Shown piece by piece: positions 1-10,790 of a stretch of DNA of 64,000 nt. The DNA comes from Paraspadella gotoi (lineage: Eukaryota; Animalia; Chaetognatha). Made by a program: the position numbers and the translations under genes. The stretch is taken from positions 11,576,883 through 11,640,882 of the forward strand of contig CM119269.1 in NCBI GenBank assembly GCA_051294375.1, written 5' to 3'. Position 1 is the first letter of the stretch. Each line of letters opens with the position of its first letter. The notes below the pieces were generated by a model, which did not search any database, was not told the origin of the DNA, and saw only the letters and a program-made list of their open reading frames with translations.

Positions 1-198
1 CCCAAAAAGATGTTGCTGTTGCTGCATCTGACGAAATGCTGCGACGTTGATGCTCCTGGCGGCGATTGCGGCCGCCGCTGCAGCCGCTGCTGCCTCCTGA
101 CGAAACTTTTCCAGGTTGAGATTCTGAGCCTCAGAAGGTGAGACTTTGTCGTAGCCGTACCAACCGAGAAGTTCGTTCATAGTGTTCTCAGCGTAGTC
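1..198 (-). CDS. SOBP: Internal coding exon of Sine oculis-binding protein homolog (runs off the window start)
   Basis: The minus strand reads, after a pyrimidine tract and CAG acceptor (199-201), DYAENTMNELLGWYGYDKVSPSEAQNLNLEKFRQEAAAAAAAAAIAARSINVAAFRQMQQQQHLFG with no stop. AENTMNELLGWYGYDKV matches the conserved N-terminal motif of SOBP as recalled from the family. Absent from the ORF track. Confidence 0.92.
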
Positions 199-550
199 CT
201 GTGGTTAAGGGATAGAGAGGGGCGAATGATAAGAATTCCTTTATGAGCTGATTTAATTACAGATTTTGTTTTAGTAATGGTTGTTTTGTTTTTGTTTTTT
301 CTTCTTAAGTTCCAAATCGAATAATTTGATGGTCATAAAAAATAAAAATTATGAAAATGATATGAAGAACAAAAGATAAGATAAGTCAAAAGATAAGGTT
401 TAAAGTTGTAAGAATGTAACATGTAAACAGACAAACAAATAAGTCGAAAACCAGAGACAGAGTTTTAAAATCGATTTTTCCCTCTTTTAAATTTATTTTT
501 TAAATTAAATAACCTTGTATTTTGACTTTCTTTTTTGCTGTTTGAAATAG

Positions 551-1017
551 TTTAGACATGAAACGAAAAATTCGTTGGAACAGTAATTTTTAGTTTTTAT
601 TATTGTACAATGTACAATGTACATGTTTCGACTCTTAGTGGTACGAGTCTTCTTCAGCAAGTGAATTTAATAAAACAATTTTTTTTTTGTTTGAGAGAGA
701 GATAGAGAGAGAGATAGAGAGAGTTTTCAACAAAGAATTGAGTAAGGGATTGTGGTCAGATGTGAGGACAGATGAAGTTAGGGAAAGAGAGAGTAAGTGA
801 TTTTGAAATTGGTGAAAAGAGAGAGAGAGAGAGAGAGACACACACACAGGTATCAATGTACAACAGTGAAAAATTTAGAAAAACTAAATATTTAACAAGA
901 GTAATAATAAATTAATTGTTAACTGATGATTGTTAGTTTAATAGAAGAGAAAATGAAAATAGAAGAATAAGTGATATGGGATAGATAAGTTAAAGATAAG
1001 TGAAATGGTAAGGTAAG
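551..1017 (-). repeat. Left (inverted) pLTR of the PLE
   Basis: Reverse complement of 5978-6452 with few differences. ORFs 635..856(-) and 6151..6375(+) are near-identical for this reason. Confidence 0.93.
600..668 (-). ncRNA. Type I hammerhead ribozyme in the left pLTR
   Basis: Minus strand: CACTTG CTGAAGA A GACTC gtaccactaa GAGTC GAAA CATGTA CATTGTACATTGTACAA. This gives a CUGANGA box, a 5-bp stem II, a GAAA box, a short palindromic stem III and a GUA triplet. Confidence 0.85.
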
Positions 1018-1290
1018 CCGCCTCTTTTCTTCGGTCAGCCGAAGTATCGCCCTATCGTATCTGCCCGCAATTCCATTTTTAATGGAATGACGAAGGAGTT
1101 GGGACGCATTCTCACTCCTCTTGTCGGAAACCAACACCACCTCATGAATTCTCTTGATCTGACGGAAAAGTTGCAGCACATCACAGTGCCCGATACCCAT
1201 CTCTTGGTCTCGTGCGATTTACAGAGCATGTTTACAAACATCCCTCAGGGACTGGCGCTAATTTCAGCAGAGCGCCGCCTGAGAGGAGAC
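1015..1290 (+). pseudogene. PLE reverse transcriptase, first fragment (through motif A)
   Basis: Translates as KPPLFFGQPKYRPIVSARNS...LVSCDLQSMFTNIP, matching the PLE RPIVS and SxDxxSLFTNIP motifs. Confidence 0.92.
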
Positions 1291-1995
1291 TAGGGTTCCA
1301 ATAACCGTTAATTTTTGAAAAATTTAGCTTAACTGTTAAAACTAATATTTTTAACGGTTAACCGTTAAAATCGGTTAATTTTATAATTTTACTTTAAATT
1401 TAAAATATTATTATTTCAATCAAACTAAAGTATTTAATGGTATTTTATCTTTAACTCTTGCTCCTGTATCTTTTTTATTTTCTATTTCAGATAGATAGGT
1501 ACATATTTTAGTTAGTAAATTAAAAATTGATTTGGGCAAACTATTTTGAATCCACCTATGATAATTTAGCTAATCAGATAATGCATCGTGATAAATCTTA
1601 TTTACAAAACTTTTTCTTTTACCTCATAGCATAATAAAAATATATAAAAGGACAAATAAAGAAAAACCACAAGGTAATTCTAATTCTATGTTTTGTCTTT
1701 TCTTTCTCTCTCTTTCTCTTTTTCTTTCGTTATATCTCTTCATTATTTTTCTTGATGTTAGTTTCTTGAACGCTCGTTTTCTGTTTTTATTTTTTCATAA
1801 GCCATAAGGAGAATAAGAGAGGACAAGAAAAAATTACTTTTCTTTTAAAAAATCAAAGATTTTATACCAAAAAATAAAAAAATAATATTTAAAAATTAAC
1901 CGAATTTAACCGTTAAAATAAATATATTAACGGTTAGGTTAAAATTCTTTTTAACCCTTAATAACCGTTAACTGTTAACGGTTATCGTAACCCTA
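1291..1995. mobile_element. Non-autonomous hAT-type MITE (705 bp)
   Basis: TIRs TAGGGTTCCAATAACCGTTAA / TTAACGGTTATCGTAACCCTA with subterminal AACCGTT repeats. Perfect 8-bp TSD GAGGAGAC (1283-1290, 1996-2003). Removing it restores the RT frame (RLRGD-RSLHERT). Confidence 0.95.
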
Positions 1996-2003
1996 GAGGA
2001 GAC

Positions 2004-2664
2004 CGATCATTGCACGAGCGTACGCCAATCCAAGTGGAGGATATCATGGCACTGCTGCGACTGGACCTGAAACTGGCGTACTTCAGGTTCGATGGACGAT
2101 ACTATGCCCAGCCTAGTGGCTTAGGGATGGGCAAATCAACCTCGAGTCCTCTGGCAGATTTTTATATGGAGGACTATGAGGTGGAAGCTTTGAATTCTTT
2201 TTGATCCCTGCATGGGGCAGAGTCAGTCCTCTTCTGGTACCAGAAAGCAGACGATACCATCCTGGCCGTGCGCAAAGTTCTCATTGAGACCTTATTGACA
2301 CATATGAACGGCATAGAAGCTAGCATCAAGTGGACTTGTGAAAAGGAGGTGAATGGTCAAATTCCAATGCTCGATGTGCTTATAAAGCGCAAAGAGGGTG
2401 GCTAATTGGAATTTTCAATATATCGCAAACCGACCCACACTGACCAATATATTCCCTTTGATTCGCATGCTCCCTTGTTCCACAAGCTGGCCACGGTCAG
2501 GTCCCTTACTTGGAGAGCTCAGCTGATTCCGTCAACCCCCGAGCTTCAGGCCGCCGAGCTTGAGCATATTAAAAGAGCCCTGGCAATCAATGGATACCCT
2601 CTGTGGGCGTTCGAGAAGGCCAGGTTTCGATAGAACCTGGCTGAGGACAGTGGCCACTAGCGCG
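2004..2664 (+). pseudogene. PLE reverse transcriptase, motifs B-E and thumb
   Basis: One frame: YFRFDGRYYAQPSGLGMGKSTSSPLADFYME...FWYQKADDTILA...IKWTCEKE..GQIPMLDVLI...IYRKPTHTDQYIPFDSHAP. In-frame stops near 2202, 2403 and 2631. Confidence 0.93.
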
Positions 2665-4896
2665 GAGCATAAATACAAGATATGATATATGACCTTTTGT
2701 GTCCCCTTAACTTTTTGTATTTGATATAATACTATTCCCCAAGATAAAAAAAATGAAAATTCGTTCGCTCAATTTTCCCGTTCTCTCGATTTTAAAAAGC
2801 AATTTGATGCAAAAAAATTGTAAAAAAATAGCAAAATTTGATATCAAAGAAAGCTTTTTTAAGTGAAATATAGTTAAAACAAAGAATTTAAACCCGTTTT
2901 CATCCATAAAAAAATCTGTTTATATAAATATTGAGTGATTCTAAAAGATAAGTATTTTCATAAAAAAATGTTAAAAATTAAGAAAAATTGATGTTTTATC
3001 ACTATTTTCATAAACCTTTATCAATTTTGTTTAACATTTTGTTAGCTCATTTTAGTTTGCATAAAAAGGCTGTTAATTTCTTACAATAAATAAATATAAT
3101 CCTAAATTGTATTGACGCATGTGGCGGCGTGTGGGCATGGCTATAGGGAGAAAAAGAGCTCGACATCAGACGGCTGTGGATTCGATATTGGCATCTGACT
3201 TTGGCCCATTTCTCAAGAGAAAGGAAGCTTTGATTCACTCACTCGCACTCTCTCTCTCTCTCTGAAGCAAACTTCTGTCTCAACGCTTGCAGTCCGGGCG
3301 TTTGCAGAGTCGCTCGTCCAAAAAAATGGTTTTGACAAAAGTCTCGCTGACTTTATCTCCGCTGAGTGTAAAACGAGAATTTCCCTTAAGTCTCAATGTT
3401 TATTCTCGGTGACAGACGTGGCAAATACATGACAATAACGTGACCAAATAAGTTGCGAAAACCCGTAAAAATAACTGTTTTCGGATGAGCAACGACTTTC
3501 CAAAGAGTGGTTCTAAAACGACTGAAAAACCTATCATAAAAATTATAAAAATAAACGTTCAAAAATGACCAACGTTATAAACGGGCCGAGATTGAGAGAG
3601 AGAAAAATGACCCTAAAAAATGATACGAAAAATGAGGCGAATTTCTCTTCACTCTCTCTCTCTTTCTCAACTTTAAACTTGCCAACTTTTTGTAATTCAA
3701 ACGACAAATATGCACTGATGAAGAACAAAATGACGTTCGAAACATGTCTGCAAATAATAAAAATATTTGTTGTGAAAATCCAAATTTTGTTTTATCTAAA
3801 TTATCTCATTTAAAATATTTAATATTTTGAATAAGTTCAGCCATCCCCGTGACAAGCGAATGCTTAGGCCTTGCGCGCCCAAGAGGCCTGGCTATGGAAA
3901 ATGGAGAGTGGAGATTAAGCCAAACAACTCTGATCTTGAATAACCATTTTCATTTACTTAATTTTATTGTTTAAAAGTGTTTTGTTTCATGCTTTTGTTT
4001 TTTATTCATTTTATAAATTTTCAAAATAATAAGAAAGAGTTTTTAACATTTACTAACAATATATTTGATAAATATTAAAAATAAACCTCTCTGACTCTGT
4101 TCTTATCTCCAACTCAATAAAATGGAAGAAAAAAAGAATATCAGACTTGACTTAAAGGCAAAAATAGTGTGAGGTAGCCACCGTGGGTGAAATGCCTGAT
4201 GCCTTTTTTATCATAATCAAAACCTTTTTAATAATTTATTTTTATTTTTGTTTATATTATAAAAGTTTTAAATACCATTTGAATAAATAAACAGATCCAT
4301 AAATTTATTAGTTTCCTAATTGCCTTAGTTTATTATTTCGCTTTATTTTTTGTGGTTCAAAAAAATGAAAAACTTTATATATTAATAGATAGAGTAATTT
4401 TTTACAAATAAAAACAGTTATATATCTCCTTATTTCATATATATTTGATTAAAACTATCTGATTAACCATTAACCTCTTTAATACAAGTTTTTTATATTT
4501 ATATAGTTGAAAAGAGTTTTAAATACTTGTATTTAGCTATATTTTATAAAAATTAATATTACTAATCACTTTTATTATATTTTTAAATTTGCTATTTTTT
4601 CCGATTTTTTTGCATCTTATCGCATTATAAAATCGATAGAACGGGAAAATTGGCCAAGCGAATTTTTAATTTTTTGATCCTAAGGAATAGTTTTACATGT
4701 GTTTCATGGTAATTATCCTTTCTTTTTCGTTGTTTGAGAGATTAACAAAGTTTGATTTTATTTTTGCAACGAATTTTATTTTACAAGAGCAAAAATAAAA
4801 TTCGTTGCAAAAATAAAATCAAACTTTGTTAATACATGTGTTTCAAAAAATTAGGAGGGCACAAGATGTCTTTTATTATTTTTTGTATTTATACTC
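2665..4896. mobile_element. Long-TIR non-autonomous DNA transposon (MULE-like; Sola not excluded)
   Basis: Termini GAGCATAAATACAA / TTGTATTTATACTC. Imperfect inverted similarity runs about 180 bp (2665-2840 vs 4585-4896). The flanking 9-mers ACTAGCGCG / ACCAAGGGG match only 5 of 9, but removal keeps the PLE frame. Confidence 0.8.
4707..4832. repeat. 126-bp insertion containing a perfect hairpin of about 42 bp, flanked by a 13-bp direct repeat
   Basis: TACATGTGTTTCA at 4694-4706 and 4833-4845. Inverted arms ATTAACAAAGTTTGATTTTATTTTTGCAACGAATTTTATTTT and its complement lie in 4741-4833. Confidence 0.85.
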
Positions 4897-5552
4897 ACCA
4901 AGGGGCTGTCCAAGTAACCGCTGATGCACGTTCAATCTCCACCCCCCAGGGGGGCGAACGAGACCTTGCTGTTGAAGGACCGAACGAGCCCACCACAGCA
5001 CAAACGGGAGATAGGCAGAAGCGTCTCAAGAATGTGGGACACCTGTCCCTCCCCTACCACCAGGGGATCACTGAATCATTGGTGCGGGTGCTGGCAAAGC
5101 AGGGGATTTCCAGTTCAGTGACAACCCGCGGCTCTTTACGTGAGCAATTGGTGAAACCAAAAGACAAAATCCCCAGACCGAAAACATCAGGAGCTGTCTA
5201 TTGGGCGGCTTGTGCAGGAGCGGGCAACCAACCCTGCACAGCAGCATACGTGGGCGAGACAGGGAAGTCTCTATCAGATAGGTTCCAACAACATATCAAG
5301 CCCTATCGCGATTCTAGAGGGCACTATCTGTCAACAGTTGCTGAGCACGCAACAACTATGGGCCATCTGTTTAGAGAGGAAGACTGTTTCGTGCTGTCCC
5401 ATGACCAAAACTGGTTCTCAAGAGGTATTAGAGAGGCAATTTACATCAAGGCCCTCGAACCCTCTTTGAACTGTGATGGAGGACGATTCGAACTCCCTCC
5501 AAGCTATTATTCGCTTATCAAAACTGTGGTGGAGCACCCAACGCCACCTTAG
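4897..5552 (+). pseudogene. PLE linker and GIY-YIG endonuclease domain
   Basis: ORF 4836..5552 contains LSLPYHQG, KPKDK, GAVYWAAC...C.AAYVGETGKSLSDRFQQH, STVAEH...GH.F and REAIYIKALEPSLN.DGG. Confidence 0.95.
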
Positions 5553-5977
5553 CCGCACGGTGATCCCCTGTCCTCACTCAACGGGTCAGGCGGAGGCCTC
5601 TCAGCAGGCAATGGACGTCCAATGCCTCAACCGAGCTTGCAGCAACTTGGCGCGACTCTTCTCATGCTGAGCGTCGCCCAAAACGACAGCTGCAAGAGGA
5701 GGGAGAGGAGTCTGTATCACCTGTCCCCAAACAGGCCCGAACAGGCAATCACCCACCTCACCGTCAGGTGAGAGGAGGGCCCTTGGCAGGCCAATCAGGT
5801 CAGAAAGATATTCGAATGGCACTCGGCATTTTTCCAGCCGGATCGCTACCGGATCCAGCCCTGCCCCATTCCACCACAATATCATCTCAGCCTATGACAG
5901 GCCAATGACCCGACTACATCGGTAACGTCCCACATTTGCCCGGCCGGGGGGGGCCAGCTCATTTTGAGCTCTTTTTT

Positions 5978-6452
5978 CTTACCTTACCATTTCACTTATC
6001 TTTAACTTATCTATCCCTCATCACTTATTCTTCTATTTTCATTTTCCCTTCTATTAAACTAACAATCATCAGTTAACAATTAATTTATTATTACTCTTGT
6101 TAAATATTTAGTTTTTCTAAATTTTTCACTGTTGTACATTACCTAATGTATTGATCCCTGTGTGTGTCTCTCTCTCTCTCTCTTTTCACCAATTTCAAAA
6201 TCACTTACTCTCTCTTTCCCTATCTTCACCTGTCCTCACATCTGACCACTATCCCTTACTCAATTCTTTGTTGGAAACTCTCTCACTCTCTCTCTCTCTA
6301 TCTCTCTCTCAAACTAATATTAAAAAAAATTTTGTTTTATTGAATTCACTTGCTGATGAAGACTCATACCATTAAGAGTCGAAACATGTACATTGTACAA
6401 TAATAAAAACCAAAAATTGCTGTTCCAACGAATTTTTCGTTTCATGTCTAAA
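5978..6452 (+). repeat. Right pLTR of the PLE (the part shared with the inverted left copy)
   Basis: Lies downstream of the EN domain, is an inverted match to 551-1017 and contains the hammerhead. Confidence 0.93.
6345..6410 (+). ncRNA. Type I hammerhead ribozyme in the right pLTR
   Basis: CACTTG CTGATGA(6353-6359) A GACTC ataccattaa GAGTC GAAA CATGTA CATTGTA CAA. Hammerheads are an established feature of PLE pLTRs. Confidence 0.88.
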
Positions 6453-6564
6453 TTAAATAACAAAAAAATGAATTAAAAAAGAAATAAATTTCTTAATTTT
6501 TTTTTGTTAAGCATCGCGCCGCCCCCTCAATAACGGAACGAGGAAGGTCTGTGTGACGTCACTC

Positions 6565-6740
6565 TCTCTCCTTCGTCCGTCTCTCGTCTCGTGCTCGGAC
6601 GCCTCCTCTCTCTCATCTCTCTCACTCCTCACTCTCTCTCTCTCTCTCTTTCTCTCCTCACTCTCTCTTCTCTCTCACTCTCCCTTTCTCTCTCACTCTC
6701 TCACTTTCTCTCTCTCTCTCACTCTCTCTCATCTCTCTCA

Positions 6741-6781
<41 letters not shown>

Positions 6782-6875
6782 GCTCACTCTCTCTCTCTCT
6801 CTCGACTCTCTCTCTCCTCTCACTCTCCCTCCCTTTCCTCTCTCTTCTCTCTCTCTCTCTCTCTCGTCTCTCCTC

Positions 6876-6920
<45 letters not shown>
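6565..6920. repeat. (CT)n microsatellite, representative of many in the window
   Basis: Directly visible. Similar tracts at about 8705, 16620, 23065-23440, 25400, 25870, 47545-48050 and 58345. Confidence 0.98.
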
Positions 6921-6923
<3 letters not shown>

Positions 6924-8699
6924 AGGTTCGTGGGCGAAGAGTGAGGGGGAGGAAACTAAAGTGAGAAGGAAAGAAAAAGAACCCAAGTCTGACGATGAAG
7001 GAGGAAAGAAAATGAATAAAAAGAAACAAATAGTTGGAGGATATAAATGATGTGCAACTTATATGTTTAATATCTTATATATTCTAAACACCATTGCAGT
7101 TATAGAGGAAAAGTAAGGAAAAAGAATAACAAAAGATTGAGTTGCATCTAACGGAGATTTTGATAAGGACGTGTGACGTACAATAATAAATGAAAAAAAT
7201 TATACATAATTTACATAATTTATAAAAATTTATAGGAATTAATTATGATTAATATTAATAGTCGCATTTTTTATAATCCTTTTTTCAATTAACTATTTTA
7301 GTTAAAAAATTAAAAAATTTATGCTTTGAAAACACGAATTATCACGAACAACGACTTAATAAGTTTTCATTGAAATACGACAATATGAAAATTATATTAT
7401 AGAATTTAAGCTCGTGTCATATATTTTTACATTTATTTTTAAATTTTAATATAAAATTTTAAAGGCTAATAAAATAAAACAAGTAACGGAACAACTGACG
7501 GCATCAGCCGAGAAAAAGGAGAGAGAAAAAGAAGAGAAGAGAAATAGAAAAGAAAAAGAGAAAAGAAAAGAGAAGAAAAGAAAAAGGAAAAGGAAAAGAA
7601 AAGAAAAGAGAAAAGAAAAGAAAGAGGAGAAAAGAAAAGAGAAGAAAAGAAAAGAGAAAAGGGAGAGAGAAAAAAAAGAGAAGATAATAGAAAAGAAAAA
7701 GAGAAAAGAAAAGAGAAGAAAAGAAAGAGGGAGAGAAAGGGAGAGAAAAAGGAAGGGTAAGGAGAGAGGGAAAGAGAGAAGGAGAGAAAGGGGAAGAGAG
7801 AGGAAGAGAGAAAGAGAAGAGATGGAGATGGAGATGGAGAGGAAGGAATCAAAGAGGAGAGGATTTTGATGGAGAAAAAGTTGTCACCGGAAGGAAGGGG
7901 AAAAAAAGATAGAAAGAGCAGGTGTTATCTAAAAGAGATAAGACCGAAAAGGTAAAGATAGAAGGTAAAGATAGCGGTATAAAAAGAGAAATAAGATGGC
8001 AAAGATATGGTATGGTAAAAAATGTATGGTAAGAATATGCCAAAGAAAAGGACGAAGATAGACGAGAGAAACAAGGATGGATTGTGATAGTACTTTTCTT
8101 CTTTGTTCAATGACGATTGGAGCCGAAGAAAATAAAAATATTCTATTTTTTTTTATTCAGTCTCTTCAAATTACAAAAAAAGATTTTGAAGTTGCAACAA
8201 ACAAATTCTTCCTTACTCCATCAATCTCCTCTCCCCTTCATAAAATTCCTTCTCTTCTCATCAAATCCCCTCTTTACTCCATCAAATATCCCTTCTCTAC
8301 TCCAGCCCCCGATTTAAAAAAAATCTCCTCCCGATCGAAGCGAAAAGTTGAGGTGGAGAATCATGAATATATATTGAATTTCATTATGAACGAAGAGGAA
8401 GACGACAACGACGACGACGACGACGCACGACACGACGACGACGACGTTTGGGATCAAACAGTAAACAGAGCAAAAAAATCCAAATGAAAGGGGCGACTAC
8501 TCAAATAATGAAAGAGGGAGAAAAAAAAGAAGAAAAAGTGTATATTTAAAAAAAAAGAAAGAAAGAATTGAAAACTTGGGAAAACTGAGATACAGAAATG
8601 AATGTAATGAAATGAAGAAAAATGAAATGAAGAAAAACGAAATGATGAAAATAAAAAAATGAGCGACACTTGTCGCCCCTTTCGAAACGATTTAAAGGT

Positions 8700-8756
<57 letters not shown>

Positions 8757-8989
8757 TGTTCCTTTCACGACAGCAGAAACTAGCATAGGCTCCAAATATG
8801 TAGAATTAAAACAGTTTCGTATTTCTAGAAACTTTATTATTAAATTTTATTCTATGGAAATGTGTAAAAAAACAGGGTTCCAAAGCGGGTAGACTTATCA
8901 ACTGAAATTCTTTACAGAATTTATAAGGTCATTAAAAATTTAGCCAACGGCTAAACAAGCGAATAAAATCATACTTTCTCAACAGAGAG

Positions 8990-9039
<50 letters not shown>

Positions 9040-9407
9040 AGAGGGAAGAGAGTGAGAGAGATTTAAAAAAGAGAGAGAGCGAGAGCGGATAGAGAGAGAG
9101 AGCGAGGAGAGAGAGAGATTTAAAGGATGAGAGAGCATATATATATATATATTATATATATATATAAAATATATATATATAAGTAGAGAGAAAGAGGGAG
9201 AGAGAGAGAGAGAAAAAAGATTTAAAGAGAGAGGGAGAGAAGATATTTTAAAGGAGAATGGGAGAGCAGAAAGAGATATAGAGAGATAGATGAGAGAGAG
9301 AGAGAGAGATAAAGAAATGTTTGGCTTTTGCATATTATTGGGCTTCAACTTGAGAGTGAGGGGGGGAACTGAGCAGGGTTGAATGGTTGGTTTCCATTGA
9401 CGGTGGG

Positions 9408-9858
9408 AATGGGGAAAGGGAAAGGGTAAATGGAAAGGGGAAAAAGGGAAAGAGGAAAGAGGAAAAAGGAAAGAGAAAGGGAAAGGAGGAAAAGGAAGGG
9501 GAAAGGGGAAGAGAGAAAGGGGAAAGGGAAAGGGGAAAGAGGCGAAAAGGGAAAGGGGAAAGAGGAAAGGGAAAGCCGAGGAATAAGGGTGAAAAGGGAA
9601 AGGGGAAAAGGGGAAAGGAAAAGGGAAAGAGAAAAGGGAAAGGGGGAAAGAGGAAAGAGGAAAGGGAAAGAGGAAAGGGAAGAGAAAAGGGAAAGGGGAA
9701 AGGGAAAGGGGAAAAGGGAAAGGGGATAAGGGGAGAAAAAGGAAAGAGGAAAGGTGGAAAAGGGAAAGAGGAAAGGGGTAAAGAGGAAAAGGAAAGAGTA
9801 AAGGGGAAGGGAGGAAAAGGGAAAGGGGAAAGCGGGAAGGGGGAAAGGGGAAAGGGGC
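9408..9858 (+). repeat. Near-pure polypurine GGGAAA/GGAAAG low-complexity tract (mirror copy about 15495-15965)
   Basis: About 450 bp almost entirely A/G. Related purine/pyrimidine tracts lie at 51880-52330 and 63000-63440. Confidence 0.95.
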
Positions 9859-10440
9859 AGTGGTGATAAGACATGATTGGCGAGTGCGTATAGGTGGTGA
9901 TCCAAATGTAGTTCGGGGTGTAAAGACCATGAACCTAGCGAGGGGCGATGTGAGAACGGTTTTTGCGGTGGTTAAGGGGTTTTTCTAGGGCAGGTCGAGG
10001 ACACAATTTAAAGGGGGTGCCATGAATCAGAGAAGGGGCGGGAACGGTTTTCCGTTTCAAAGGTTTCAAAGGAGAACTCCGTAGGAGATAGCCTGCTTTC
10101 GAAAGGGGACGGAGAAGTCCGAATGGGCGTGGCATAGATTTGATGGACGTCGGACTCGGACGATTTCGAGTAGAATCGAAAAGGGCAAGAAAATAAAAAA
10201 GGATAAAAAAGATGAAAAGAAGATGAAAAGAAGCCGATTGAAGATTTTAACGAGCAAATCAAGAAAATGTCCTATTTTGGTAGCGTAATATCGCTTGGCT
10301 GGGGATATGGTCATTTTTTCTATAAACTAATATCTAAACAATTTATATCTCAATATTTAGATTGTTAAATTAATCAGTCTTGCAAAATTTCAATGTCGAA
10401 TGGAAATTTCCTTAAAGTCACCTTTCGTAGTCCGTATTTA

Positions 10441-10790
10441 CATCTGGAGTGAATAAACGAGACAGTGGAGAGTTGACATCGAAGGCCTTGCAGGCGACCC
10501 TGCTATGTCATTATCTTTAAGAGCTCATGGAGGCCTTAAACCACAAAGACTCTTTAAAGTCAGGGGCCAAGCTAACTTATTTATTGATTAATGGATAATT
10601 GTATGATATTGGTACAACCAATTATAATAAATTATCCATCATTAATAAATAAGCTATCTGCCCCTGGACTTTGGACAGGCTTTTGGTGGTTTAAGGCTCC
10701 ATCACTCTTTACAAGATAATTACCTTAGCAGGTCCCTGAAAGCTTTCAATCAAGACTCTCTCACAGTCCCGGTTTATTCACTCCCAGCAG
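10441..10790. mobile_element. Palindromic Tc1/mariner-type MITE (mirror of 14586-14929)
   Basis: TA flanks on both sides, TIR core GGAGTGAATAAAC, and inverted symmetry over most of its length. Confidence 0.8.

Larger units (their letters stand above)
514..6448 (+). mobile_element. Penelope-like retroelement (EN+, Penelope/Poseidon-like layout), 5'-truncated, inverted pLTRs, two nested DNA-transposon insertions
   Basis: RT and GIY-YIG reading frame in three pieces. 551-1017 is an inverted copy of 5978-6452, and the left copy has an extra tail of about 37 nt (514-550). The direct repeat TAAATTAAATAAC at 501-513 and 6449-6461 is a likely TSD. Confidence 0.95.

Noticed and set aside
2202-2204. 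In-frame TGA as a selenocysteine codon in the PLE ORF
   Set aside because: The same frame has TAA and TAG stops and two TE insertions, the position is not a conserved Cys, and no SECIS was identified.
1291-4896. The two interruptions of the PLE ORF as spliceosomal introns
   Set aside because: Both have TIRs, the first has a perfect TSD, and neither has GT-AG boundaries.
9935-10320. Possible extra SOBP exon (mirror copy 15050-15480)
   Set aside because: No recognisable homology, no clear splice sites, and the frames differ between the two noisy copies.
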